A stretch of 64,000 nt of DNA. It comes from Cyanophora paradoxa CCMP329 (Eukaryota; Plantae; Glaucophyta). The stretch spans positions 310,001 to 374,000 of the forward strand of contig QPMI01000436.1 in NCBI GenBank assembly GCA_004431415.1, given 5' to 3'. The position numbers and the translations under genes were made by a program. Shown here piece by piece: positions 11,208 to 22,556 of this stretch (position 1 is the stretch's first letter; every line of letters starts with the position of its first letter). Below the pieces are notes generated by a model. The model was not told the origin of the DNA and did no database searches. It saw only the letters and a program-made list of their open reading frames with translations.

Positions 11208-14200
11208 TCACCGCTGCTGCCCCAGGGGCTCCCCCTCCTCGGGCCCCGCGGCCGCATCCGGCGCCGCGGCCCCGCCGGCCTCGACGGCGCCGAGCTGGAG
11301 CAGCAGCCGCCGCAGCCGCGGCTCCAGCCCCGTCCCCGCGTCCACCTGCCGCCCCGCCCGCCTCGCAAGGGGCCCCGGCCTGGCCCGAGCTGCGAGGGGG
11401 CGACGCACCCGCGCGCCGCGCGCCTCGAGGGCCGCCGTGCGAGCGATGCGCCGCGTGCACCGGAAGGGCTGCGTGCAAACGCCGCGCAGCGCAATCGGCG
11501 CCCGCGGTCGGCAGGGGCCGCAGCGGCTCTCGGGGACGGCGGCCGCGCACGGGGACGCGCTCGACGGAGAGGCCACGAGCGGGGCCCGCGGCGGCGAGCA
11601 GCGACCCCCCGCCCTACCTCCCCTCGTGAGCGCTGGCGCGCCAAACGCACGCGCAAAAGGCAGCAGCGGGACGCACGGGAAGCGCACAGACGGCGAATGG
11701 GACCCTCGGATTTTGAGGGGGTTCAAGCTTGAGTGTGGGACCGCCCTCGGCAGGGAGGGACGCCGGGTCGATGGGCTCTCCCGAGGGGAGCGCCCACGCC
11801 AGCACACGGCCCGAATCCGAGCACCCGACGACAGCGTCCTGCGCCGAGCGACCCTATCAGAGAAACCTGACGCCCCTCCTTATCCCTCGCCAGCGTCCCC
11901 GCGCCGCCATCCCCTCGCGCTCTCTGCCTGCCTCAGTCTAGCACTGGCTCCCCGCCCTGCGCACCGCCGAGACCGCCACCGATCGGACGTAGTCCGTGTG
12001 GCCCTGCAGCTGCAACAGCTCCGCCCCCGTCTCCGCGTCCCACACCCGCACGGAGTTGTCGCGGCTCCCCGACACGATCCGCCGCCCGTCCTGCGCCCCG
12101 CCGCCGCGCCCCGTCGAGTCAGCGCCCCTCCGCCAGGTTCCGACGTCGCCCCGCTCCCCTCCGGACCCGCCCGCATGCCTCTAGATCTCGCGATCGGTCC
12201 TGGCTCGGGGCCCCGGCCCCGGCCCTCCGCCTCTTTTGCTACCCACGGGGCGCCCCGCGCCGCCATCCCCTCGCGCTCTGCCTGCCTCAGCCTAGCCCTG
12301 GCTCCCCGCCCTGCGCACCGCCGAGACCGCCACCGATCGGACGTACTCCGTGTGGCCTGCAGCTGCAGCAGCTCCGCCCCCGTCTCTGCGTCCCACACCC
12401 GCACGGATTTGTCGCGGCTCCCCGACACGATCCGCTGCCCGTCCTGCGCCCCGCCGCCACGCCCCGTCGAGTCGGCGCCCCTCCGCCAGGCTCCGACGTC
12501 GCCCCGCTCCGCTCCCGAACCGCCCGCATGCCTCTAGATCTCGCGATCGGTCCTGGCTCGGGGCCCCGGCCCCGGCCCTCCGCCTCTTTTGCTACCCGCG
12601 GGGCGCCCCGCACCACCATCCCCTCGCTCTCTGCCTGCCTCGCCTAGCACTGGCTCCCCGCCCTGCGCACCGCCGAGACCGCCACCGATCGGACGTAGTC
12701 CGTGTGGCCCTGCAGCTGCAGCAGCTCCGCCCCCGTCTCCGCGTCCCACACCCGCACGGAGTTGTCGCCGCTCCCCGACACGATCTGCCGTCCGTCCTGC
12801 GCCCCGCCGCCGCGCCCCGTCGAGTCAGCGCCCCTCCACCAGGCTCTGACGTCGCCCCACTTCCCTCCGGACCCGCCCGCATGCCTCTAGATCTCGCGAT
12901 CGGTCCTGGCTCGGGGCCCCGGCCCCGGCCCTTCGCCTCTTTTGCTACCCGCGGGGCGCCCCGCACCGCCATCCCCTCAAGCTCGCGGTCTGCCTGCCTC
13001 AGCCTAGCACTGGCTCCCCGCCCTGCGCACCGCCGAGAACGCCACCGAGGTGACGTAGTCCGTGTGGCCCTGCAGCTGCAGCAGCTCCGCCCCCGTCTCT
13101 GCGTCCCACACCCGCACGGAGTTGTCATCGCTCCCCGACACGATCCGCCGCCCGTCCTGCGCCCCATTGCCGCGCCCCGTCGAGTCAGCGCCCCTCCGCC
13201 AGGCTCTGACGTCGCCCCGCTCCCCTCGGACCCGCCCGCATGCCTCTAGATCTCGCGATCGGTCCTGGCTCGGGGCCCCGGCCCCGGCCCTCCGCCTCTT
13301 TTGCTACCCACGGGGCGCCCCGCGCCGCCATCCCCTCGCGCTCGCTGCTTGCCTCAGCCTAGCACTTGCTCCTCGTCCTGCGCACCGCCGAGACCGCCAC
13401 GGAGGTGACGGCGCCCCTGTGGCCGTGCAGCTGCAGCAGCTCCGCCCCCGTCTCCGCGTCCCACACCCGCACTGTCTTGTCCTCGCTCCCTGACATGATC
13501 CGCCGCCCGTCCTGCGCCCGACTCAGAAACTGGACGCGAGCATCTGAGCTTCTTCAACGACGAAAGTGTACCGGCAGCCACGCCACGGCTTTCACTTCAT
13601 CGAAATGCATCATTTTGGGCCACTGCGGGATTCGGCACCCTTGCAGGCGGGCCGCTTGGAGGTCCGCCCCTGCGAGGCACGCCTCGGCGAGGGAGCAGCC
13701 GCGCATGTCCGCCCCCCGCAGGTCCGCCCCGGCCGCTTCCAGGCGCCACAGGTTCGCCTTCGGCACCCGCACGCCATGCAGATCTCTCCCCGCCAGCGAA
13801 AAGTGCGCTGCACATGTGCAGCGTAAGGAGAATGGAGAAGCTATTTGAAGAGGGCGGCCGCGGCCCACCCGCAACGAGCACTGTCGCGGCGTTGGCGGCC
13901 GCGAGGATGGCCGGCGCGCCGTCGCCGTCCCCCGCGGCGTGGCGGCTCTGCTCCACGAGGCGCAGCAGCGCGTCTCCGGCTCCCATTGCCGGCTCGTGCT
14001 GCACGGCCTCCGCCAGGAAGCGGACGAGGGTCGTCTCCTCTACGATGGTCCTGCTCCCGCCCGTGTCAGGCAGAGCGTGGAAATTAAAACACAACGATGT
14101 GTGCATACCGCGTGGAGAAGCTTATCGCCGCGTCCTTCTCTGCCGACTCCTCGCCCCCATCCGACAGCTGCGGCCACTATAAAGAGGACAGCGGCGCCCT

Positions 14201-17200
14201 GGGCAGACCGCGGGCGGGCGCACCGAGTCGAGGAGGGCCTCGGCGACGAGGAACTCGCCGAGGGTCTTGTGGAGGAACGCAAAGCCGAGTGCGCCGCCCG
14301 CCCGCCACCGACGCAGCGGGCAGCTGCCGCCCCGCCCCGCCCGCTCGCCCGATGCGAGCCCACGCTTCAAGGCCCCGCGCACCTGTTCCGCACGAACAGC
14401 GTCGAGCCGTCGCCGAGCAGCCGCTCGCACGCGAGCTGGTCCGCGTCGGTGGGGCCGCCGGCCTTGGCGGTCCCTCCGCCATCGCCCCCGCGACGGCCGG
14501 CGTGCTTCGGCGTGATCACGGCCTGGCTCGCCCCCATCTGCGCCGACACTGGTCAGCAACAAAAACGGCGCTGTTCGAAAGAGACACCGGCGCGCACGCG
14601 GAAGAGGAGAGCGGCGAATTTCCGGCAGAGGTCGTACCCGGCCTCCAGCAGGGCCCCTTCTTCAGGCCGATCTGGGGCGGGGCGGTCTGCGCCGGAGGAG
14701 CGGGAGAGAGCACGGAACGAATCGACGTCGCGGTCCCGCACCGCCCTTCTCCGAAGACGGCGCGCCCCGCTCCAGCTCCCGCCGCAGCCTGCAGCTGCCC
14801 CGTGAGCGTCGGCCGTGGGCCGCCGAGCACGGTGCGCGGGGCGTGCCAGTCCTCGATGAAGCTCCGGTAGAGCTCGCGGGAGCGCAGGGCCCGCGGCCGC
14901 CCCTCCCTGCGCGAGCCCCGGGCCCCGTCGGCTCGCAGTCGGACCGGCGGCGGCGCCGGCCCGCGCACCGGCCCGTGCACTCGGCGGCGCGGGAGGGGAG
15001 GACGCGGGCGAGGAGGGAGAGGGTGAAGGGGTTCTCGACGAGGGCGGCGAGGCCCGGCGTGCGCCGCAGCTCCTCGGCGTAGCGCTCGAAGGGCCACGCG
15101 CCCTCCTCCCGCCCGTGCAGCAGCACGTACTTGCCCAGGAACTCCTCCACCTGCGCGCCCCGACGCACACGCAGTCAGGCACGCGCGGCGGGCCGAGGCG
15201 GGGCGGGGCGGGGGTGCCCGCCTGGCCCCGCGAGAAGGGGAGCGTCGCGAGCTGCCGCAGCCGCGAGACGTCGGGCGCGTCGCCGCTGACGACCGGCGCG
15301 AACAAGTTCTGCGCAGCGCTCAGCGATTTCGATTGCGGAACGGCGTAGTCCGGGCCGACCTCTGGCTTGGCGGTGTCCAACGAGGCGAGGTACTCGGTGC
15401 GGCAGGAGACGAAGACGCCGCTCGCCCAGTCCCCGATCTTGTTCGTCTTCCAGAGGTTCTCCTTCTCCCCCGTCTGCGCCGGCGGCGCGTGAGCGCAGGA
15501 GGGAAGGGAGGGGAGGGGCGGCGGGCCTCGTCGTAGCCGTCGAGGAGGAGCACGAGGCCGAAGCGGCGCCGGAGCGCCGGCAGCTCGCCGCTGGGCACGC
15601 CGAGCCGCCCGGCGACGAACTCGCGCAGGCCGCGCCGCGGCCCGCCGGGCTCGCCGACGAGCTCCGGCAGCGGCACGAGCACCGTCGCGGGGCAGTCGGC
15701 CGGCGGCTCGCCCCGCGCCCAGCTGCGGCACGCTTCCCGGTGCAGGAAGCGCGAGAAGGTCGTCTTGCTCGTGCCTGCGCGCGCGCGACGCGAGCCGCGG
15801 CCTCGGGACGCGCTCTGCAGCCCGCCGCGCCCCGCCCCGCGCACCGGCGTCGCCGAGCAGCAGCAGCACGCGGTGCTTTGCCGAGCGGAAGGCCTCCGCG
15901 CCGCCGCCGGCCGCGGCGGCGGGCGGCGGCTGCGGGCCGGGGGCGAACTGGCGGAGGAAGGCGGCGGCCTCGTCGTGGAGGTCGAGCTCCTTCTTGGCGC
16001 GGTCGGCGGCCCTGGGCGGCACGTACGCCGCGAGGCCCGTCGCAAGGTCGTCCCCTCCAGCTCCCGCGCACGTACTGCCCCGTGGCCGCCCTCAGCCCCG
16101 CCGCCCGCGCGGCTCGGGGCCGGCGGGCGCGCTGCGGCCGACCTTCACGAGGGGCCCGAGGAGCGGGTCGTTCGGGACGTCCGCCTCGTGGCTCTGCGCC
16201 GCGGTAGTCGCCGACGGCCACCGGCGGCGCGCACACGAAACGCGGCGCACCAGAGCGACGCTGTCGGTCGCGTCTTTGCCGTGGGCGGCGTCGGCGTCCG
16301 CGCCGCCGGCGATGCGCGCGGCGATCGCCTCGGCGGCGGTGGCGGCGGCGTCCTGCTCGAGGGCGCAGCGCGGGAAGCGGCGCAGGCGCATCGCCAGCGC
16401 GGGAGAGGCGCTCCTCGCCACGGCCTCGCCGTCCTGCCGCGGCGGCGGGGCGGCGGCCGGTCAGGCCCGGGGCGCGCGGGGCCGGGGCCTCGGGGCGGGG
16501 CGGGGGCAGACCTCGAGGTAGCAGACGACGATGCGCCGCTCGAGGTCGAACGCGTACGCGAACTCCTCTGTAGCGGCCCTCGGCGCCCGGCGGCGGCGGC
16601 GGCGAGGGCGGTGGCGGCGGGCGCACCGCCGCAGTACTGCGAGGCGACGGACTTGGCCGACGCGAAGAAGACGAGGTGCGTGCAGTTGCGCACGGCCGCG
16701 CCACTGCCGCCGTGGCCTCAGCGGCGGGCAGAGTTGTTAGGGGGGGGGGGGGGTGGAGGGGGAGAGGGCCGCGTGGAGGGAGGGGGGGGGAGGGGGGGAG
16801 GGGGAGGAGAGGGGGAAAGCTCAGCCCTTGCGCGGGCGGGGGAGAGGAGGAAGGAAAGAGGGGGCGAGCGCGGGTGGGAGGGGGCTAGGGGGGGGGGGGG
16901 GGGGAAAGGTGGGCGCAGGCGGGGGAGGGGCGTGGCGGGGACGGCGGGGAACGGCGGTGGGGTGGGGAGGCGGGGGGTGAACTTCGGAAGGGGGGAAGAA
17001 GGAGGGGGGGGAGGGGGGGGGGGGGGGGCTCGGGTAGCTTGAGGGAAGGGGAAGGGCGGAAGGGGAGAGGGATGTGTGGGGCGGGTGGGGGTACCCTCGT
17101 CGACCCAGCGCATGCCTGCCTTCGGAGTCAGAGCGCGCGAGCGCAAGCGCACTTGCGTAATGAACTGAGAGGCCGCACCGGCAGTGAGCTGCATCTCGTC

Positions 17201-18328
17201 GAACCTGCGGCAGCGACGGGGGGCCGGGCCCGCGGCCGTCGGCGGCGGCGGCGCGAACGAAGGGGCGAGGGCGGGCGGGGCGGGGCCGGCGGCGCACCAG
17301 CAGGAGAGGCCCCGGGCGAGCAGCGCGTCCTTCACCGCCCGCACTCTGCCCGCGTCCGCGTGCGCTGCGCCGCCGGCCGCCGGCGTCGGCACCGCGCCGC
17401 GCCGGCCGCCGCGCAGACGAGGGCGCAGGGCGCACCGTACGAGATGAAGACGCGCGTCGCGGGGGCGTCGGCCGGCAGCTCGCCGCGCGACCAGGCGGGG
17501 CCTGGAGGCTCCTGCTCCCGCCCCTCGTCCCGCCGGCCCATCCGGAGGGCGCGCGCGGCGCGGCCCTCCGCGCCGGCCGCCGCCGCCGGGCGCCGCCGCC
17601 GGGCGACGCGCTGCAGCGCATCGGCGAGGGCCTCGATGCGGGCGTCGTAGCCGGCCTCGCCGGGCCGCCCGATGGGCCGCGTCCACTGGAACTGCCGCAG
17701 GCGCATGTCGAGGCCGCCGGGCGCCAGCGCCGCCTCCGGCTGCTCCACGAAGACGGGGAGCACGTCGCAGCCGCCGTCGATCGCTGCAGCCCCCGCCGCA
17801 GACCGTGTCGGCCCGGGCGCGGCGGGCGGGCGGGGCGGGGCGGGCGGGGCGGGCGGCGGACCGTCGTTGAGGGCCTCGAGGCAGGCGTCGTCGACGACGG
17901 AGGCGGCCGAGGCGAGGAAGAGGAACGCGCCGCACTCGCACGCCCCGCCGCCCGGACCTCGTTGCACCCCTCCAGCACCCCGCCCCGCCCCGCCCCGCCC
18001 CGCCGCTGGAGAGGGGCCGGTCAGCTCGCGGGGCGCGGGCGGGGCGCGGGGGCGGGGCGGGGCGGGGCGGGCGCGCCAGAGGCCGAGACCGTAGTCCTCG
18101 CGCAGGTCCGCCAGCAGCTCCGCCGCCCGCCGCACGTCCGCCGCCGTCCCGCACACGTGCGCCCACGCCCCCTCCGCCTCGCCGCCCCGGCCCGCGCCGC
18201 CGCCCCGCCGCCGGCTCGAGCTCCTCCCGCCCGCGGGGCCCCGCGGCGCCTTCGTCTGCTCGCCCGCCCCGCGCGCGTGGGCCGGGGCCGAGCGGACCGC
18301 CCCGGGGCACGGGGGGCACCTTCCCCAT
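11208..18328 (-). CDS. NLR-like STAND protein: TIR-TIR-NACHT-pentapeptide repeat-WD40 (multi-exon; start uncertain)
   Basis: TIR1 [38 protein letters not shown]2 RVFISY...RGLSCW|FDEMQL...[40 protein letters not shown] Walker [10 protein letters not shown]|TSKTT, Walker [47 protein letters not shown] followed by pentapeptides ([24 protein letters not shown]). Five WD40 exons. C-terminal LEARGAR|[20 protein letters not shown]. Confidence 0.85.
11890..13520 (-). repeat. Tandem array of about 355-bp units, each one WD40 exon plus a near-identical intron
   Basis: Exons at 11965-12090, 12319-12443, 12671-12796, 13031-13156 and 13386-13511, each bounded by CAG| and |GTGCGC. Periods 354, 352, 360 and 355 bp. 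Confidence 0.93.
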
Positions 18329-20879
18329 CGCCCGTCTTCGAGGCGGACTCGGCTCCTGCCTGTGCGTCCGCATCCGCCGGTCGCGCCGGCTGCAGCGTGC
18401 CCGTGGTTTCTGAGGAACGATGGCTCACGATCAGACGCGCGGCCTCCAGCGGCGGGCCACGCGCACGCGTACGCACCCGGGGCGGGCAGAAGGTGCAGCC
18501 TTGCGGCGGGCGCGGCGGTCGCCGGCGAAGGCACTTGTACTGCGGCCGCGGCCGGTTTTGACGACGGCGGCTGATCATCATCATGAAGCTGCGTGGCCGC
18601 GGGCGCCTTCGCTGGCGGCCGCGGTTCCGATGGAACAGAAGCTGCGCGCAGGACATTGTAAGCTCTCGGACCATGGCCAGCCCCGCATCTGATCATGACG
18701 CGTTGACCGCAACGCATGCGCACCCGCACCGCCCGCTAGGGCGGCTGCAGGGGCCGCGGGCGCGCCTCGCACGCCTTCAGAACTCGAAGCACCGCAGCCC
18801 CTGCGCGATTGCATGGGTCACATGGCATTCATGATCACATTCGCATGCAAGATCATGTCCGGCTCTCACATTCTCGCCCGCCGGGAGCGCGAATGATCGG
18901 CAGACGAATTGGCTGTGCTTCTATAGCTACCTGGCTCGACCCCTAGCTAAGATTCTCGGGCTCAGCTTCACAGCTTCCCGAATCCCGATTAGCGATTCTG
19001 GGGTATCCAAGAGTCAGTCAGAGGAGAGTTGTACCCCCCATCAAGCCGAAGACTGCCCGAAGTCTCCCGAAGAGTGTTGCATCGCCGAGTCGGGGCACGG
19101 ACATCGGAACGAGGATGCTAAACGCGCCAGAGGAGAGCTTTGGCAGCGCAGCGTGCGGACGCAGGAATCGATGCGCCGAGCAAAGATCGTGGCCAGCTCG
19201 AGCCGCGCGCATGCGCACGTGAAAAGCTCTGTGCTGGTGGTCCGCGCGCTCCGAGGCGCGTGCGCGACGCGCCGGCCCTGCGGCTGCTCTTGTTCTGCGT
19301 CTGCGTCTGGCATGGAGATGCCGCGGAGCCCCTTCCTCGCCCGCTCCTCGGGCGAGCCGCTGAGCGCCGGCAGCCGCGGGGTCCGAGCACCGGCAAGCAT
19401 CTCCTCCTTCTCGGAGCAGTGCGCGCCCCCCGCCCCTCGCCCTACCCGTCCGACGCCCCTGTTCCGTATCCCTCTTTCTTGTCTGACGCTCCTCGAGGTC
19501 GTAGGCGGGACGACGTGCACCCCCGTACCTGTACTCCTGCGCGGATCCATCCCGGTACCCTCCCTGCAGCCCTGTACCCCCTCCGCTGACTCCGGATTCA
19601 CCCCCCCCCCTCTCCCGCAGATTGCCTAGCGGCGGCGCAGGCAGGCCTGCTCAGGGGCGCGTGCGATTGTACCCGCGCCCCTCCGAAGCCGTACCCCTCC
19701 CAGGTCCTTCTCGACGGGGCGCGAACCAGTTGTACCAGCGCTCTCTCGACGTTGTACCCCCTGCTCCAACGCTGTACGCGCACCTCGTGCGCTCGCACCT
19801 GCCCCCACCCCCCCTCCCCCTCAATTCCGCTCACAAAGGCCGGCGCCTGCTAAGCTGTTTCGGATTCCCCGCGCCGCCTCGACCCCACCTGCAGGTTCAG
19901 ATCTGAGCCGCGGGCTCTCCCTCGCCTCATCGCCCCCTGGCCGCCCTCGCCGCCCCCCGCCGCGGGCGCCCCGGCGACCCCGCCGCCGCCCCTCGTCCCT
20001 CCACGCTGCCCGGCCGCCGCCCGCCGCCGCCGGCCCGCCGCCGGCGCCGACGGGGGGGGGCCGGGGGCGCCTCCGGTTCGCCTGCCCCGCCCCGCGGCCG
20101 GCCTCGGACCCGGCGGGCCGCCCCCGCCCGCCCCGCGCCCCGCGCCCCCGCCCTCGGCGCCGGCGAGGCCCGCCAGGGCGAAGCAGGCCCGCAGAGGGGC
20201 CGCACCTCGCTCCCCCCCGCCGTCCGGCGCCCCGTCTTCTACCCGGTATCTAGAGTGTCGTGGCGCGTTCCTTCCAACGTCTAACGGCGACGTGCTGTGC
20301 ATCGTATGTACATGTGCCGCAATCATCACCTCGAACCAGCTGCAGCTGCAGTGTTGTTTCAGCAAGTGCGAGACGCTGCAGTGGGGATACGCTGAGTTTA
20401 GCGCTGGCGGGGGGTAAAGGGGACCGAAGAGGGAAGCGGGGGACGTTAATGTTGCATTGCGCATGCAATCGTATCCTTGCCTTTGAACATTCGAATTCGA
20501 TGCAAGGGGCGCCCCGAAGCCGAGGACAGCTGATCGCGATCGCGCGATCCCGGAGTCCGATCATGATCATGCATATGGGCCAGACCAGACCGATCACTGG
20601 CACCAGAGCCCCCCGATATAGACTTGATGCTCGAACCATTGCAATTCAACAATTGCAAAGTGGCCGGGCTCGATCCTTGACTGTCTCAAAGAAAGCGCTA
20701 CAGGCCAGGCCAGGCCTAGGCCAACGTCGCCAACGCAACTTCTCTTCGACATACAAAAAAACTGTTCTCTCTCTCCGCTGGGAGAAAAAAGGAGAGAGCG
20801 CCGCAGCTTTGCCGGCCAATCGCGGATCCAGAAAAAGGGGGGGGGGGGGGGGAGGGGGGGGGAGGGGGGGGCGTCCGCC

Positions 20880-22016
20880 TCAGGAGAAGCGGCGGGCGCG
20901 GTCGAAGGAGAAGCGCGGGGAGTGGGTCGGGGGCGGGGGCGGGCGGTAGGCGGTCGGCCCCGGGCTCCACGCCCCGAGGCTCTCGGATTCGAACTCGTGC
21001 CCCATGTACACCGCCTTGCGCGGCTCCGCCTGCGGCCGCACCCGCTGCGGGCTCGTCCCGAAGCCGTAACACCCCGTGCCCGGCAGGCTCTTGTCCCGCT
21101 CCGTACCCATCGTCGGCCGCACCGTGTACTGAGGCACGGGGAACGGTCGCTCGCGGGGGGTACGGGGCGGGAAGGGGGGTGGGGGGGGTATGCGCGCACG
21201 GAGCCGGGGCCGGGGCCGGCGGGGGCCGAGCGGCTCGTCACTGCGGCGGACGGCCCGTCAGCGGGGCGGGGGGGGAGAGCCGGGCCATGCCAGGCCGGGC
21301 CGGGCCGGGGTACGTGGCGCACGGAGGCCTCCGTCCGGGGAGGACGGGGGCGGGAAGACGCGCTGCGGCGCGGTCCCGAAGCTGAAGCGCGGGGCTCCGT
21401 CCCCCGGCGCCCCCTTCGGCCCCGCGCACGCCCCTGTACCCCTCCCCGGCTCAGGTGAAGATAGGGGGGGAAGAGGGGGGCTACGGACCGGGCCCGGGGG
21501 AGTGCAGGCCGCGGTTGACCGAAGCGAACTCCTCACCGAAGTACGGCACCTGAGCGGGGGGGGGGGGGGGGGGGGGGGGGGTGAATCTTTTTGTTTGTGT
21601 GTGTGGGGTATGGGCCTTCTTGGGCTCGGTGCCGGGCTGAAGGCGGTGGGGCTCGGCCGCCACCGCCGCCGGGCCCGCCGCCAGGCCCGCCGTACCGGGC
21701 CCGGCCCGCCGGCGGGGCCGCCGCGCCCCCCCTCCGCCAGCAGGCGCCCCAGGCGACGGGGTCAAGAGCTCGAGGCTCGAGAGACGAGCCGCGGCCGTCG
21801 GCCAACCAGGGCGAGGCGCCGAGCTCCCGCGGCGAGCCCTGCAGCCGCTCGTACGTATACGTCGCCCCCTCCTCCGCTGGGGTCTTCGGCCTCGCCCCCC
21901 GCCAGCGAAGCGGGGCTCGCTCGCGCGGCCTGCTCCGGCTGGCCTGCCGCGCGCTGCTCCCGCAACGGCTGCTGCTGCTGCTACTGGCCGGGGCGCTGGC
22001 CCCGCGCGCGCCCCCG
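20880..22016 (-). CDS. SHIPPO/PGP-repeat protein, paralog B with a divergent or shorter 5' part
   Basis: The last exons (VPYFGEEFASVNRGLHSPGPG, PRFSFGTAPQRVFPPPSSP, YTVRPTMG...WSPGPTAY...RFSFDRARRFS*) are near-identical to copy A. Similarity ends around 21655; the 5' boundary is a guess. Confidence 0.7.
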
Positions 22017-22556
22017 CCGGCGCGGCGCGGCGCGTGAGCGAGCCGCGGCGCCCTGTGAGCGCCTCCAGATCTAGAAACGGGAAGGTTCCAGCCGAAGATC
22101 ACAGCGCACAGATTGGATCGCGTTCGATCCCCGAACCGGACGCTCATGATCAGCAGCGCGGCAGCTGCAGCTTCAGCGCTCGAACAGCTCGAGCGCAGTG
22201 AGCGAAGCGAGCTCGCGCGATCGAGCCGCATGGCCAGGATCTGATCTTGATCGTCTGCAGTGTGTCGGGTCAGTGCGCAAGCTTAAGATGCGCTCATGAT
22301 CAACGCACCTGTACATGCCCATGACCGATAGAAGCACTGTCGTCCCGGCCCCGTCATTGAGAGATCAGCTGCAAGCTCCACAGACAAACGCGCCCTAAAA
22401 CGACGGCGCGGCTCGCAGCTGTCTCGGCCAGCTGACCGGAGCACGGCAGACACGTGCACGCTGTACCCGGCCGCGGTTCGGGTGAATCGGGCCCGCCCCG
22501 CGGCGCGTTCGCCGCCGACCGCGATTCGCTCTCCTCGCCTCGAGCTCGCGCCGATA

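Noticed and set aside
11890-13520. CRISPR-like array
   Set aside because: Units are about 355-bp exon-plus-intron repeats without unique spacers; eukaryotic context and no cas genes.
16736-17100. Long G tracts (also about 9340-9385, 9735-9752, 20836-20871 and 21557-21581) as G-quadruplex elements
   Set aside because: Intronic or UTR low-complexity runs whose lengths are unreliable in assemblies; no specific evidence of function.
19310-20250. Possible small spliced plus-strand gene (MEMPRSPFLARS...)
   Set aside because: Splice-like signals are present, but no recognisable domain or consistent model.
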